From Squalus acanthias (Eukaryota), in NCBI GenBank assembly GCA_030390025.1, contig CM059431.1, positions 156,738,001-156,802,000 on the forward strand: 64,000 nt of DNA, in the 5' to 3' direction. Below, piece after piece: positions 1 to 12,463 of this stretch; the first letter of the stretch is position 1; each line of letters opens with the position of its first letter. The translations under genes were made by a program, and so were the position numbers. Under the pieces are notes generated by a model. It was not told the origin of the DNA. It saw only the letters and a program-made list of their open reading frames with translations, and did not search any database.

Positions 1-1620
1 GGGGTATGTACTGGTCCTGCATTAAGCTAAATTTTGTTTTCATCATCTCCCACTGATTATCTGTAGTTTTTCCTGATAATAGGTTGGGCCATTTTGCTGT
101 CGTCTGTCTCTGTCCATACCACGACCCAGATTACTAGTGTTAGTTTCCTTTTGGAAACTAACATTGAATTATATCATATTATGATCACTGTTAGATTAAT
201 ATTCTCTTACTGTTAGATTATTAACTAAGACTGGCTGGTTACTTATTACTAATTCTAGTATATACTGCCGTCTTGTGGTTTACGAACACATTGCTCCAAA
301 AAAACCTATCATGAATGCACTGAGTAAATTCACTACCTTTCTATCTTGACCTACTCTGTTCTTCATAATCTTTCTGAAATCATTTTCACCAATTAAAACA
401 ATCTTATTTTGCATGAAACTTCTCTAATGCTTGAACTCGCACATTCTACCACTCCATTGTTGCTATCAGGAGGTCTGTCGACAACTCGCGTTATAGTTTT
501 ATGTCCATTCTTATTAGCAATTTCTAACCAAATTGTCTCTTGATTGATTTCACCTACCTATATCCTCTCTTACTCATGTTGTAATAATATATTAAATCAA
601 TAAGGCTACCAAACCTCCTCTTCCAGTTTCCCTATCCTTACTAAAGACATTATAAACTAGAATATTTAAATCCTAATCCTGACATTTTGCAGCGATCAGT
701 ATTTCAGCCTTAAATTTACTCCATGTATTTCTTACACGACTTTAGTTATTTGAGGATTCCTTTCGTGTGTAGAATCTATATCACAGTTTGTGAACTGAAT
801 TTTACTTTTATCACTTTCTTAAAAAGAATGAACTATCATTTTTATTACTGTGTTCGACGTAGTCCTTCTCCCATCTTTTAGTTTACAGTCCTTTTATTCC
901 GCCTGGTCATCATTTCCGCGAAGACTTTGGTCCCATCCCGGTCCAGAAGCAGCCGGGCCCAATGGTACTCATCCTTCCTGTCCTAGTACTGTTGCCTGTG
1001 AGCAAAGAAATCGAACCCCTCCTTCCGTTAATTACACCTTTAACCACGTGCTCATTTTCCTGGTCTGTTTGTCGCGTTGCTGATTAGCACGTGGCTCCGG
1101 TAATAACCCTAAAATTAACATCTCTAATGTTCTGCGTTTTAATTTAGCTCCGAAGTCCTGATACTTCTTCTGCTGCAATTTCTACACTTCCTAACCTTTG
1201 TCATTTATCCCGTCATGGACCCCATCAACTGGATCTTCCCCTTACTTTCCAAATTCCTTTTCAAGCGCATGTGCCTATCACTTACCCTGCCATCATGTAG
1301 GCAACATATCCTTCGGGACTCTAGATGGTGGCTACAGAGGATGCAACCTAGCCCCCTAATTTTTGACTCCATTATAACTACTGATTATCGAATCTGCTCC
1401 TCCGATCTGTCTAGAGCAGCATTGTGGCTGGCCTCCACGCAGTCTTTCTCCTTATCCTGACAGGTATTAATACATTATACCCGTTGCATTGTACCAGTGT
1501 CTGCGGGCTGTCCTCCTCCATCTCCCCTCAGTTACCCCTACCCTGCTGGAAGTCACACTCTCCCCTTCCTGCAACTGTGCTTTCCTCTGGGATGTGACTA
1601 TGCACGGTCGCTGCCATTTC
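1..1620 (-). mobile_element. Degraded CR1-type LINE 5' part (ORF1 esterase region and ORF2 endonuclease start)
   Basis: Reverse complement resembles the ORF1/APE regions of the other CR1 copies in the window; many stops; boundaries approximate. Confidence 0.7.
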
Positions 1621-1629
1621 TAGTTTTCA

Positions 1630-2035
1630 TCACAGAATAATGTAGTAGGAAAGTAGGCCATTCGTCCCATTGTGTTTGTGCCAGCTATTTGGTAGAGATT
1701 TCCATTTATCCCACTCCACTTCTCTATCAGCATAGCCCTGAATTATTTTCCTTCATGTATTTATCCAATTCCTTTGAGCAGGTCACTATATCATCTTCTT
1801 CCACCCACTTTCATACAGTACATTCAAGATCGCAATAACTCGCTGCATAGAAACACGTTTCCCCATGCAGCCTCTGCTTTTTGCCTATCAACTAAATATG
1901 TGTCTTCTTTTTATGAACCATTCTGCCACGGCAATAACTTTCACCCTATTTACACTATCAAACCTTTCATTGTTTTGAACACTTCTATCTAATCCCCTGG
2001 GTATATTCCCGGTTCTAAGTGGATAAAGATTAGCT
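1630..2035 (-). mobile_element. CR1 3'-end fragment
   Basis: 'aggccattcgtcccat...cagcatagccctg' CR1 3' UTR motifs; diverged. Confidence 0.65.
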
Positions 2036-2089
2036 TTTACAAAAAATGCATACATTATGGCGACTCTGACAGATGTTCATGTTGATTCA

Positions 2090-2795
2090 CAGAAAAATCT
2101 GGAATTCAGCTAGGTATGTATCTGATTCCACAGTTTATCGGGATCGTGCCAGGTATTCCTTGGGTTTCCCAGTGTGTCAGGATGCTACCAGGTGAGTATG
2201 TGGATTCAGAGTGTATCAGCTGCCGACCAGGTCTGTATGAGGTTTCAAAGTGTTTCAGGATCCTGCCAGGTTTGTATGGGTTTCCCAGTTTATCAAGTTC
2301 CTGCCAGGTGTGTATGGGGCTTCCCAGTGTATCAGGATCCTGCCAGGTGTGTATGGGGTTTCACAATTTATCGGGAACCTGCCAGGTTTGCAAGGGTTTC
2401 ACAGTGTATCAGGATCCTGCCAGGTGGGTATGGAGTTTCACAGTGTATCAGGCTCCTGCCAGGTGTGTATGGGGATTAACAGTGTTCCAGGTTCCTGACA
2501 GGTGTTTATGGGGTTTCACATTGCATCAGGATCCAGCCAGATGTGCAAAGTTTTCACAGTGTATCAGGATCCAGCCAGCTGTGTATGGGTTCCACAGTGT
2601 ATCAGGATCATGCCAGGTGTGTATGGGGTTTCACAGTGTATCAGGAACGAGAAAGTTATGGTGTTTCACTTTATATCGGTGTCCTGCCAGGTGTGCACGG
2701 GGTTTCACAAAATAACAGGTACACACAAGAAATGTATGGGTGTTTAAGTTTGTTAGGATTCTGCCAGGTTTGTATGGGGTCTCACAGTTTATGAG
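2090..2795. repeat. 39-bp minisatellite (CAGTGTATCAGGATCCTGCCAGGTGTGTATGGGGTTTCA)
   Basis: Tandem units spaced 39 bp (e.g. 2403 and 2442); produces spurious 13-aa repeat ORFs. Confidence 0.95.
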
Positions 2796-2809
2796 AACCC
2801 AATTAGTTT

Positions 2810-3105
2810 CTGCCCTTGCCACAATATCGAAGCGGCTAATATCAAAATCACAATAGACATCCTTTGTGACTTTGACAAAGGTAAACTATCGCTTTGCGTC
2901 CAACTCGACCTGTCTGCAGCCTTTGACACGATTCACCACTCCAACTTCTTACAACGCCTCTCCACCGTTGTCCAACTGGGAGACACTGCACGCGTCTGGT
3001 TTCATTCTTATCTATCTAATAGTAGCCAGAGAATCACCTGCAATGGCCTTTCTTTCCGCTCCCGCACCGTTACCTCTGGTGCAGCCCCACCTTGCCCCCA
3101 TCCTC
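2810..3105 (+). mobile_element. L2 LINE RT fragment
   Basis: Translates to ...DKGKLSL..LDLSAAFDT...LLQRLS..VQLG..WFHSYLSN.SQ..., typical of L2 RT. Confidence 0.8.
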
Positions 3106-3107
3106 AT

Positions 3108-4460
3108 AAAGTCATAGAATCATAACGGCAAAGAACGAGGCCATGCGGCCCATCCAGTCCGTGCCGGCTCTCTGTAGAGCAATTCAGTCAGTCCCATTCC
3201 TCCGCTCTATCCCCATAGCCCTGCAAGATTATTTCCCTCCAGTGCCTATCCAGTTTCCTATGAAAAACATTGAGTGTCTCCGATTCCACCACTTCCGCTG
3301 GCAGCGAGTTCCAGGTCCTCACCACTCGCTGCGTAAAAAAGTTGTTCTCACATCCCCCCTGTATCTCTCGCCCAAAGCCTGAAATCTGTTTTCCCCTAGT
3401 CCTTGTATCATCAAATAGTGAGAACAGCCTTTCCCCGTCGAGCCTATCCAAACCCGTCATAATCTTGTACACCTCTATCAAATCACACCTCAAAATCCTT
3501 TGCTCTAACGAAAACAAATCCAGCTTTTCCAAAATAACAACAGAAAACTCTGGGATTCTCAGCAGGCCAGGCAGCATCCGTGGAAAGATAAACAGAAGTT
3601 TCCACGGATGCTGCCTGGCCTGCTGAGTTTCTCCAGCGTTTTCTGTTGTTATTTCGGATTTCCAGCATCCGCAGTATGTTGCTATTGTATCCAGCTTTTC
3701 CAACCTGTCCTTGTAGCTAACGTACCCCATCCCCTGAACCATTCTGGTAATTCTCCTCTGCACCCTCTCAAGCGCATTCACATCCTTCCTAAATTGTCGA
3801 GACCAGAACTACACACAATACTCCAGTTGTGCCTAACCAGAGATTTGCAAAGGTTCGGCAGAACTTATTTATTTTGCACTGAATACCTCTATTTATGAAG
3901 ACCAAGATTTCATAGGCTTTGTTAACCACTCTCTCAATTTGTCCTTCCACCTTCAAGGACATATTCACATTAACTCCCAGTTCACTCTATGCGTGCAAAA
4001 TTTTTAATATTGTGCCATTAAGTGCATATTGCCTCTCCCTGTTCCTTCTGACAAAATGCATCACCTCACACTTCTCTGTATTAAATTCCATCTGCCACTT
4101 ATCTGCCCATTCTGCTAGACTTTCTAAGTCTTGTTGCAGTCGATTGGTATCATCATGACTTTTTGCCACACCCCGAAGTTTGGTGTCATCGGCAAATTTA
4201 GAAATTGTAATATGTATTCTAATATCCAGGTCATTAATATATATCAAAAAACCAGTGGCCCCAGCACTGACCCTTGGGGAACACCACTGTACACCATCCT
4301 CCAGTCTGAAAAACACCCATTTACCAAAACTCGCTGTTTTCTGTCCTTAAGTCAATTACTTATTCAAGCTGCCACTGACCCATCTATTCCATGAGTCTCA
4401 ATGTTGTTAACTAGCCTTGTATGTCGTACATTGTTAAACGCCTTCGGAAAATCTGTGTGG
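3108..4460 (-). mobile_element. 5'-truncated CR1 LINE (RT C-terminus and 3' UTR)
   Basis: YINDLD..SKFADDTKL, WADKWQMEFN..KC and FFTQRVV..WNSLP motifs; microsatellite tail at ~3108. Confidence 0.92.
3533..3688. mobile_element. Palindromic Penelope-derived short element inside the CR1
   Basis: Inverted arms 3532-3586 and 3599-3654; 15-bp TSD ATCCAGCTTTTCCAA at 3518-3532 and 3689-3703. Confidence 0.8.
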
Positions 4461-4589
4461 ACAACAGCTCCTTTTATCTGCTCCGCTCTCGCTGTGCTCC
4501 CTCCATGTCAACTCCTTCCGGTCTCAGGCTCCTGCCGCTCGCGACTGCTGCACTTACCAACTCCGCTCACGCTGTGCTCCCTCCTTCCG

Positions 4590-5430
4590 GTCTCAGAAGT
4601 GGGATTGTTCGCTTATGATTGCACAGTGTTCAGTTCCATTCGCTACTGCTCAGAAAATGAAGCATTCTATGCCCACATGCAGCAAGACATGGACGACATT
4701 CAGGCTTGCCATAAGTGGCAAGTAATATTCGCGCCACAGAATTTCCAGGCAATGACTATCTCCAACAGGAGAGTCTCTAACCACCACCCCTTGACATTCA
4801 ATGGCATTAACATCTTGGGAGTGACCATTGACAAGAAAATTAAATTGTCCAGACAGTAAAATATGTGTACAAGTGCAGGTTAGAGGCCGACTTTTCTGCG
4901 GTGAGGGTCTCACCTAATGGCTCAAGTAAGGAGTGTGATGGAATAATCCCGAATTGCCTGGATGAGTGCGGCTGTAACAACACTCAAGAAACTCGACCTA
5001 ACCAGTGCAAAGCAGCCCGCTTGATCGGAACTCTATCCAAACCTTACACTTTCACTCCCTCCAGCATCGGGGCACCGTGTCTGCAGTGTATACCATCTAA
5101 AAGATGTACTGCAGCTCGCCAGGGCTTCTGCGACAGCACCTCCCAAACCGGCGACCTCCACGACCGAGAAGGACAAACGCAGCTTCACATGGGAACAACA
5201 TCACCACCATATCCCCTCCAATGTTAAACAACATGCTGACTTAGAAATATGTCGTCATTCCTTCATCGTTGCTTGTTCAAAAAAATGGAATTCCCTCGAT
5301 AACAGCACTGTGGGAGTACCTTCACCACGCGAATTGCAGCGGTTAAAAAGCGGCTCACCAGCACCTTCTCAAGGGCAATTATGGGTTTAGAATAAATGAT
5401 GGCCTTATTTTCCCAGTAACGAATGAAAGA
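4590..5430 (+). mobile_element. CR1/L2-clade LINE (second family) 3' portion
   Basis: LFAYDCTVF (YADD-like) and LGVTID motifs; tail 'aagggcaatt...aataaat..ggcc' shared with 60034-61240. Confidence 0.8.
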
Positions 5431-5449
5431 AAAGTAATTCGGAATGTAG

Positions 5450-5548
5450 ATGAGGTCTGCAAATCATTAGAGTAATCTGGGCTGTTGAGCCCGCAGAGGG
5501 ACAAATTACCCTGATGCAATTGGGACTGTAGAGTTTAACCTGAGCAAT
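5450..5548. repeat. Diverged ~34-bp minisatellite, left part (ERV target site)
   Basis: GGGCTGTTGAGCCCGCAGAGG-type units that continue after 13609. Confidence 0.6.
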
Positions 5549-6694
5549 GGCAGGCTTCGCAAATTCCCCCAGAAACTCCAATAGAGCCATAAAGGGAGTG
5601 ATCTTTGGACTTTTCATACAAACCTGGGATGATGGGACCTCAGTGAAGTGATTTGATGTAAAAACCTAAAGATCACAAGAAGAAAATCTGAGGAAACTAA
5701 TTTTTCTGAATCTTATTGTTGGGAGAGACATTTTTTTTCACAGACAAGCTGCGAGGGGCGTGGCCAGTCAGTGAACGGATCAAGCTGTCTGGGAATTGTT
5801 TGAGACAATGCAAAACTCCCAAACACATTCAAATATGGATCCCCAGGGGCAAACAAAATGCTGGAAATCTAAAAACGATTCAATGACAATATAACTTCGA
5901 TCACACAGTTTCATACCCATTATCCCATCAAAAAAACAATCAACCAGGTATCCAGAGAACCGATTTAAAAGCTCGCCAACAGAAGGACAATAGAGTGAAG
6001 ATTTGGCGCGTAGATAAGGCCGTGTTTTAAATCGTAAAGCGATTAACACTGAGCAAAAACTATCGGAACTGGCAAGCCCGCCTAAAACTAGACAATTGGA
6101 CGAAGCAAGGGTCATTTACATTCAAAAAGGATTCGTTTTAGTAAGGGGTTTTTGAGCGCGAAAAATGAACAATGTAACTTGAAAGCCTGTGCCATAATCT
6201 CTCTCTTTGGACTGACTGGCGACGCGGACACAGCTCTCTCCCTGCTGCAGCAAAACTTACCACAGGCCACGAGGAAGATGACCAGCACGCAAGAAGAAAC
6301 CATAAGGGCCTTCCGGAGTCCCTTTAAACAAAAAGTCTCTAATACCCTGTCAAGGATTCGTTGGTGAGCATTATCCCTGATCTCCTGAACCCAAAAATCC
6401 TAGCCAGATAGTGGGATCTTTGGGAGGGATAAGGTTTTGTTTGATATATTGTCATTTCCCTCGCTTGTACCGTGTGTTCCCTAAATCTGTGTTTCAGTAA
6501 TAAGTGTGTTTCAAGATTGTTACCTCTTTTTCTTTTAATAAAGAAAATTTCTTTCATCAGACCCTGTTTACTGCAATTTTGTTCACAACCCCTAAATAAG
6601 CCCAAAGTCTAGGAACCGGAGGGGTGTTGGAGTGATTCGAACCGCTCACTGTGTCAGAAAGCGAAGGCTGACCCCACATAAGATACTCCTAACA
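5549..6694 (+). repeat. 5' LTR
   Basis: Direct repeat of 12464-13608 (13 mismatches in the first ~152 bp); ends in ACA; AATAAA at 6537-6542; 5' TG mutated to GG. Confidence 0.95.
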
Positions 6695-6697
6695 TAA

Positions 6698-6716
6698 TGG
6701 CGACCGCGGCAGGACT
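6698..6716 (+). promoter_or_regulatory. Primer-binding site complementary to tRNA-Arg(TCG) 3' end
   Basis: TGGCGACCGCGGCAGGACT, 3 nt after the LTR; complements the recalled vertebrate tRNA-Arg-TCG end ...AGTCCTGCCGCGGTCGCCA. Confidence 0.85.
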
Positions 6717-6789
6717 TTGGCGAAAGGGTTGTGAAGCAGTAAATGCTGGTTTTGAGGAGAGAACAAAAATGGAAGAGAGGATGTCATCC

Positions 6790-8450
6790 TATGGACGCTG
6801 CAGCTGCATGGACTGAGAGGAAGTAATACAATAAGTCTGTGGACAAAGCCATATGGTTGGTCTGCTCCCAGAAACAAATGCAGCATATGGGGAAGCGCAT
6901 TCAGGCTCTCACAGAAGAGTTAAAGGAAGAAAGCCAACTGTCCCGTCCAAGAGCTATATCAGGGGATAGGTTGTTAGCAGAGCTCGGCACAAAAGATCAG
7001 GAACAGTCACAGATGCTGGAGGAACACCGTGCCAGTAAGGGATACCTCCAGTGTCAGGCCACCGAGGCCAAAAGTAGTGAACTGGCATTGCGGGTAGAGA
7101 ACACCCGCCTTGCCAAGCAATTAAGGGAACTCAAAGAGAAGTTAAACGATGTCCAGGCAGCCTATAGAGTAGCCAGTACAAGGGAGTTTGAGGTAGGGGA
7201 CCACGGCCCCTGTCAGAAGCAGATTGAGAGTCTGAACCTTGCTCTGTCGAAGGCAAAAGGCATGCTGTGCCTGATAAGCCCGGGTGCGGCCAGGGCAGAC
7301 CTGGAAGAGCAGGGGGAGACTGTTCGACCACCACCTGTGGCGCCAAGGAGAAGCTTGGTTAGGCAGCAGGAGCTGCAGACAATCTGTGAGGTTGACAGGG
7401 AGTGCACACCAGCACCTTTGGCGCCGAGTCTTGCCTCGGTCTGGCAGCAGGGAGAGGGGGGCGACCCGATGCAGGAGAAGTCGGAGCCAGGGCCAATGTG
7501 CCCAGCACGACAGCAAAAATTCGGCCCGCCCGCCGGTGGTGGAGGTCACGGACCCCTTGAAGGTCAATTCTTGGCTCCCCACGGTACACAACAGCTTAGG
7601 GCTATGGTAAGCCACCTGAGTAAAGTTACCCAAAAGGAAGAACCCCCAGTCCACTTCATGGACGTGGAACAATCAGGGTCCATTAACGAGTGTGACGATG
7701 CCGAAATGGCAAAATTGCTCCTGTTCTGATTAGATTGCAAATTGTACCAGTCACTCTCTACTGAGAGCAAGAGAGGACAAACCGGGTATGCTGCCCTCAG
7801 GGAGGATGTTTTAGAGGCCATGGGAATGAATGAGGGAAGTCCTTTCTCCCGGGTGGAGAAAACAGTGCAGTTCGCAGGGAAGACCCCACAGGCTTTCGCA
7901 GACAGGCTGTGGCCGCTGTACAGGGGTGCTTGTAATGGGGCTCTCGACAGGGCTAACTTGAACAGGGACAAGCTGGCCCACTGGCTCCGTAGCCTAGTGG
8001 CAAACAGCTTGCCACGAGTAAAAGCCAAGGCTGAGCTTTGGTTTGACCCAAGAGATCCCCGGGTCACCGAGGAGGCAGTGGTCAGGCAACTGACCCTAGC
8101 CTACCGGAACGGTAGGGGAGCTGAAGACACCCTACCGAAAGGGAAGGTGCATGAGATAAAGCCCAGTCAGGATAAGAAGGAGTGGCACCAGGAAGGTGGA
8201 AAACATTCCGACACGAAGCGTAATTGCTTCGGATGCGGGAAGAGGGGGCACTGGAGAAAGGACTGTTGAAATCCCTGGAAGGATATGCTAACAAATAATT
8301 CCCCAGCTTTTGCCTCAAAAGTAGAGGCACCGACCTCTTCCCCCACACTAGACACAATAGTAGCGGCCATCAGAGTCCTGTTTGGTGGTCCAGGCAAGTT
8401 AGCTACTGGTGCATTAATCCCATCTGCCCCCCCTAACGCAGACCTATGTC
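6790..8450 (+). pseudogene. gag: gag: coiled-coil N-terminus, capsid-like region, CCHC zinc knuckle
   Basis: ORFs 6839-7729, 7742-8269 and 8285- share one frame, split by stops; CFGCGKRGHWRKDC; 'QFAGKTPQAFADRLW' CA-CTD-like motif; ends approximate. Confidence 0.85.
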
Positions 8451-9081
8451 TGGAACCAGCGCAGCCTGTCTACCTGTGTTCCCCGGGGTACGATGTGAAG
8501 AAGGGGGTGGAGAAAGTGCAGGGGAGATGTTTGGTGGACACCGGAACAGCCAGCACGGTGGTCCATTCAGAAGACCTGAACAATTCACCCAGGTTTAACG
8601 GCGTCCCAACAGTTTAATGGGAATCAAAGGGAACAAGCAGGCTGGGGCAATGTCCAAACCTTTGGACATAGATTTAGGATCCCTCCATACCACGTGGGAG
8701 GGTAACCAAAAGGCCGACAAGTTGGCCAAGCAGGCGACCAGGGAAGGAGAGTTATGGGATCCCTATAAAGCAGGTCCGGTAGCTGCAATCCGAGACAAGG
8801 GAGGCACACAGAGGGTAGATTTGCACCCGGACTTAAAGCAGGTCCAAGCCCAGAATCCCGTCTTTAAGGCCGTCCTGGTAAAGAGAGAGAATGGGGAATC
8901 CCTAGAAGGTCCGTTCAGGGCAGAGGACGAGATTTTTAAAGAGAGTCACTGGCAAGCAGCCAGTAGCCTGGGGAGCCAGCACCAGAAAAATCTGCTGCTG
9001 TTAGAACCCCAGAGAGTCCATGGGTGGGAGATCAAACAATGCAAACTGTTTAAACCTAAAAGGGAACAGCCCCCAAGTTAG
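8450..9081 (+). pseudogene. pol: pro/pol remnant: aspartic protease joined to RNase H C-terminus and integrase ends; RT and IN core missing
   Basis: CLVDTG active site and GIKG flap followed directly by EGNQKADKLAK (RNase H end), then LKQVQAQNP and IKQCKLF; no YxDD or DDE motif. Confidence 0.8.
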
Positions 9082-9841
9082 AAATCCTCAGCCAGCAGCA
9101 GCTGTGGCAGACGCACAAGCTGCAGCGGGAGGGACAGTGTGTTGTCTCACAGGAGAGGTCACTCCACCGATTATGTGGGACTCAAGCACACCCCCAGTGG
9201 CCAGAGCCCTAAGAAGGTCTCCCCGCACACCACAGCAAAGGCTACTGTGGCCACAGGTGTATTTGTTTAGAGGGTCCCACCCAAAGAGGGTTACAACTCG
9301 AAAAAGAGCGCCCAAGAGCAGGGAGCGTTCTAAAGTTGGGGATTCCCAGCCGACAGCCTCCAACAGTGAGGGTTTCACAGCAGAGGTAGTACTGGAAGAA
9401 GAGAGAGGGAAGGGTCCCCCGCCCGCAGCCTCAGGCTGGGAGGAGCCCACAGATATGAACGAGGGCGCTGCAGCCACACAAAAGGGGGTAGTGTGCTGCA
9501 GCACAGGACGCAGCTGGGATGTTAAGATACCCCCAGCGGTTTTGAGGAAGGCCTTTTGGGTCCGGCGGTACAGGCCGCACTACACCAAGGTGTACAGGCC
9601 ATCCAGAGGCCACATAAGGCAGAGACGAAACAGGATTTAACCTGGCCGTCCGGAGACGGGCGGCAAATGTACAGAATTTTCGGTTTTAAGTAATTGTAGA
9701 TTTGGTGGTTATGGTTATCATTAGTTTAGTTGTTTGTAGAGTTGTTTTTAAGTTTAAGGGCTTGATTAATTATCCAGCCAGTGAATCTTTCTGGGACATG
9801 GATATATGTTTTGTGTGTACCCCTGCAGAAAGGACTTCGGG

Positions 9842-12230
9842 ATGAAAATGTTTCTGCTCCTGCTCGCATTGGTAGGGGTGAGCATCGCTGACCGAGGTGA
9901 CGTGGAGGACTCCCACATCTATTGGTGCTCAGGAGTGAGAGCACCAGTCGTTACCGCAGGGGGTGGCGAGCGGGGAGTGGAGGAGCTCGCCATCTACTTC
10001 CACGAGCGAAGCTGGCCAGGGTGGCTGTGGTCCAACTCTACTAAATACTCCAGCCAGCCCGGGTTCACGTACGGGGAGGCCTCCCTCCCATGCCCCAGAA
10101 TACTGGTCGTTGCCACAAGGGTCAGTGTCACCGAGGGGAAGCGTGTGTGCCTTACCTGTAAGGGATGAATTCCCTTGAATAGGTGGTGGTGGCTCAGGAA
10201 GCTGAGCAGGGACGCAGGGGAGCATACAGCCGACTGGGAAAGATTAGGGAACGACACCCACCGGACAATCACAGGGACCCAAGGAGGAGTTAGTGTTTGT
10301 TGGAATAAGTGCTGGAAGTCGGAACAGGAAGTCTATGTTTGTATGTGGGGATCAGAGGAAGCCTGCCCCACAGGGGTATACATCATCTTCCCCAGCCAAT
10401 GGCAAGATGCCGGGGAGGGGATAGGGTGGGATTCTAGCCTGCATGGTTGCGTGGTCCCACACATTCCGGTCCCAGTTATTGCCACTGAACTCGTGGCACA
10501 CACCCGAAAGCCCCTACCCACGACCCAGGTACCGAAAACCCTGGAAGAAAAGTGCCCTACCACCACCATGGGACCAGAGAATGGGTTAGTCCTAGTACCA
10601 ACCGAAAAGGTACTATACCAGGGGGTACACTATGCAGTAGCTTCAGTAATATTAAACCTTACCGAGGTATACTTACCTGAGTGGTGTCCTATGGAGACGG
10701 AGCAGCTGTACCAGGCCCTGCTAAAGGAAATGTTTAGGAAATTTTACGAATTTGATTTTGCCAATATAACAAACTAGAGCTATACAGAATACACCCTGAG
10801 AACACTGTGGGCACGGGTAGACAAAGAAGGGGAGCCTGGAGTGATGTCTTCAATGCCTATAGTACAGGGCCCTCTATTATAAATAGCCTGGATGACATAG
10901 AATTACAGATACAGATAAATGGTTTAAGAACCCAGTTAAAAAAGATCCTGATGGAAGGGAACACATTGGTAGGCTCAGAGCTACATGAGGATCAAGCTAT
11001 GACGTTTCATTTAAAGGAAATTATTGCAGAATTGGAAAGGTATGCCAAAACAGTAAATGCACACATACAGGAGGATAGGAATGCATCGGATCAGGCTGCA
11101 CAGAATGAGGTGTGTGTGCTGTACGGGGCATGGTTGCTGGGCGAGGGCCGTAGAAACCTGGAGGATTTAAAGCAAGGTCCTGGATCAGCAACAAGCACCT
11201 TGCAGCCCTCCACCCGGTTAGTAATACGATTAGCCCACGCCAATTTCGTCTAGCCTCTGACGCCTACCCTGTCCCAATAGATTGTGGGAGTTCAATTCAC
11301 ACTATCATGTGGATAGTAGTGAGAATGGCGGTCATTAGTGGGACAGCCCGACCCGTACCGGAATACAGGGTGAAGAACATTGGAGTCATTCAAGGGGGTG
11401 CACACATCCGTTTTACAGCGGTCCCACCTTTTGTCATCAAGTGGGAGCACGCCATGACAGGTACTGACCTCTCCGGGTGCCGGAGCCGGGGTTAACACAT
11501 AATACTGTGTCCCCAGCACTTGAATGCCTATTCCAAACCACAGTGCGGTTTAAAGCTGCTGGCGCACGACCTATCAATTGTACCATGGAGGTGATGGCAC
11601 ACGACCATGTTTCCCCACAGGTAGCCTATATAGTGGGTGGGACATATTGTGTCACCACAGTTGCGTCCCACTACCAGCATGGACACTTCTGGTGTCCGGT
11701 AAGTGACAGCAGTTTCTGCTTTAAACCCGAGGCAGAAGTTCAAGTGGCCCAGGAACGGATTGTCCCCATACCTGAAACCTCCACTTTTCACCTCACTGTA
11801 ACAGAAAACATCACCAACCTGCAAAAGTATGTGACTTACTTTTGATATAAAATTCCCCTTCTACCCGAACATTTTACAATCCTACTTAAAGCTGTAGAGA
11901 TTTCACAAACAATTTCTACAACCTGGAACAGAAAACAGTTGAAATAGTGGCAGAGATTTTGGATATAGTAGTGCCACCCTGGTGGGATATTTTCGAGAAT
12001 ATAGAGGTGCCTTCCTGGATCAGGATGGCTTCCCATCTTTTGTGGTCTGCCAGCTCGGGATAGTTCTCTACCTGCTGTGTACAAAGTGCAGGGGAAGGGA
12101 CGGGCAGCTCCGCTCCAGACACGAAGGGACTTGGAAGTGCATCAAAATAAAGGCTATGGCCAGAGATGCAACGAAACTTGAATTTTCTCTTTCAATAAAT
12201 AATTGTATGTGTGTTGTGTCATTTTTATGA
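9842..12230 (+). pseudogene. env: env: signal peptide, Ig-like domain, furin site, F-type fusion ectodomain, TM anchor
   Basis: MKMFLLLLALVGVSIA; VSVTEGKRVCLTC..WWW..EQEVYVC; RQRR/GAWSDVFNAYS; heptad; Cys-rich DLSGC, INCTMEV, YCVTT, SFCF; hydrophobic segment ~12030-12080; stops and frameshifts. Confidence 0.85.
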
Positions 12231-12454
12231 TGTGTATGATGTGATTTTTTCCAAGCTGTGCAGGGGTGTCGGACCCTCTCCGTGCTTGGATGTGAAATAA
12301 AGATTGATTCTTACCTGTATGTACCTGAAACACCACTTTCAGAAGGGGAATGAATGTTTGGGTCTTTAGTTGAAGTAATACAGGGGAAGGTTTGTTTTCG
12401 GGGATCGGAAATTTTGCTCACCTGTTAATGATACTAATTCAGTGTTAGTATCAC

Positions 12455-12463
12455 AGTGGGGGA
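12455..12463 (+). promoter_or_regulatory. Polypurine tract
   Basis: AGTGGGGGA immediately before the 3' LTR TGTAGG. Confidence 0.8.

Noticed and set aside
2116..2794. Cys-rich repetitive ORFs (also at 28236-31354)
   Set aside because: Artefacts of a 39-bp (13-codon) minisatellite that is open in several frames
2090..2795. CRISPR-like appearance of regular short repeats
   Set aside because: No unique spacers, no cas genes, and a vertebrate context
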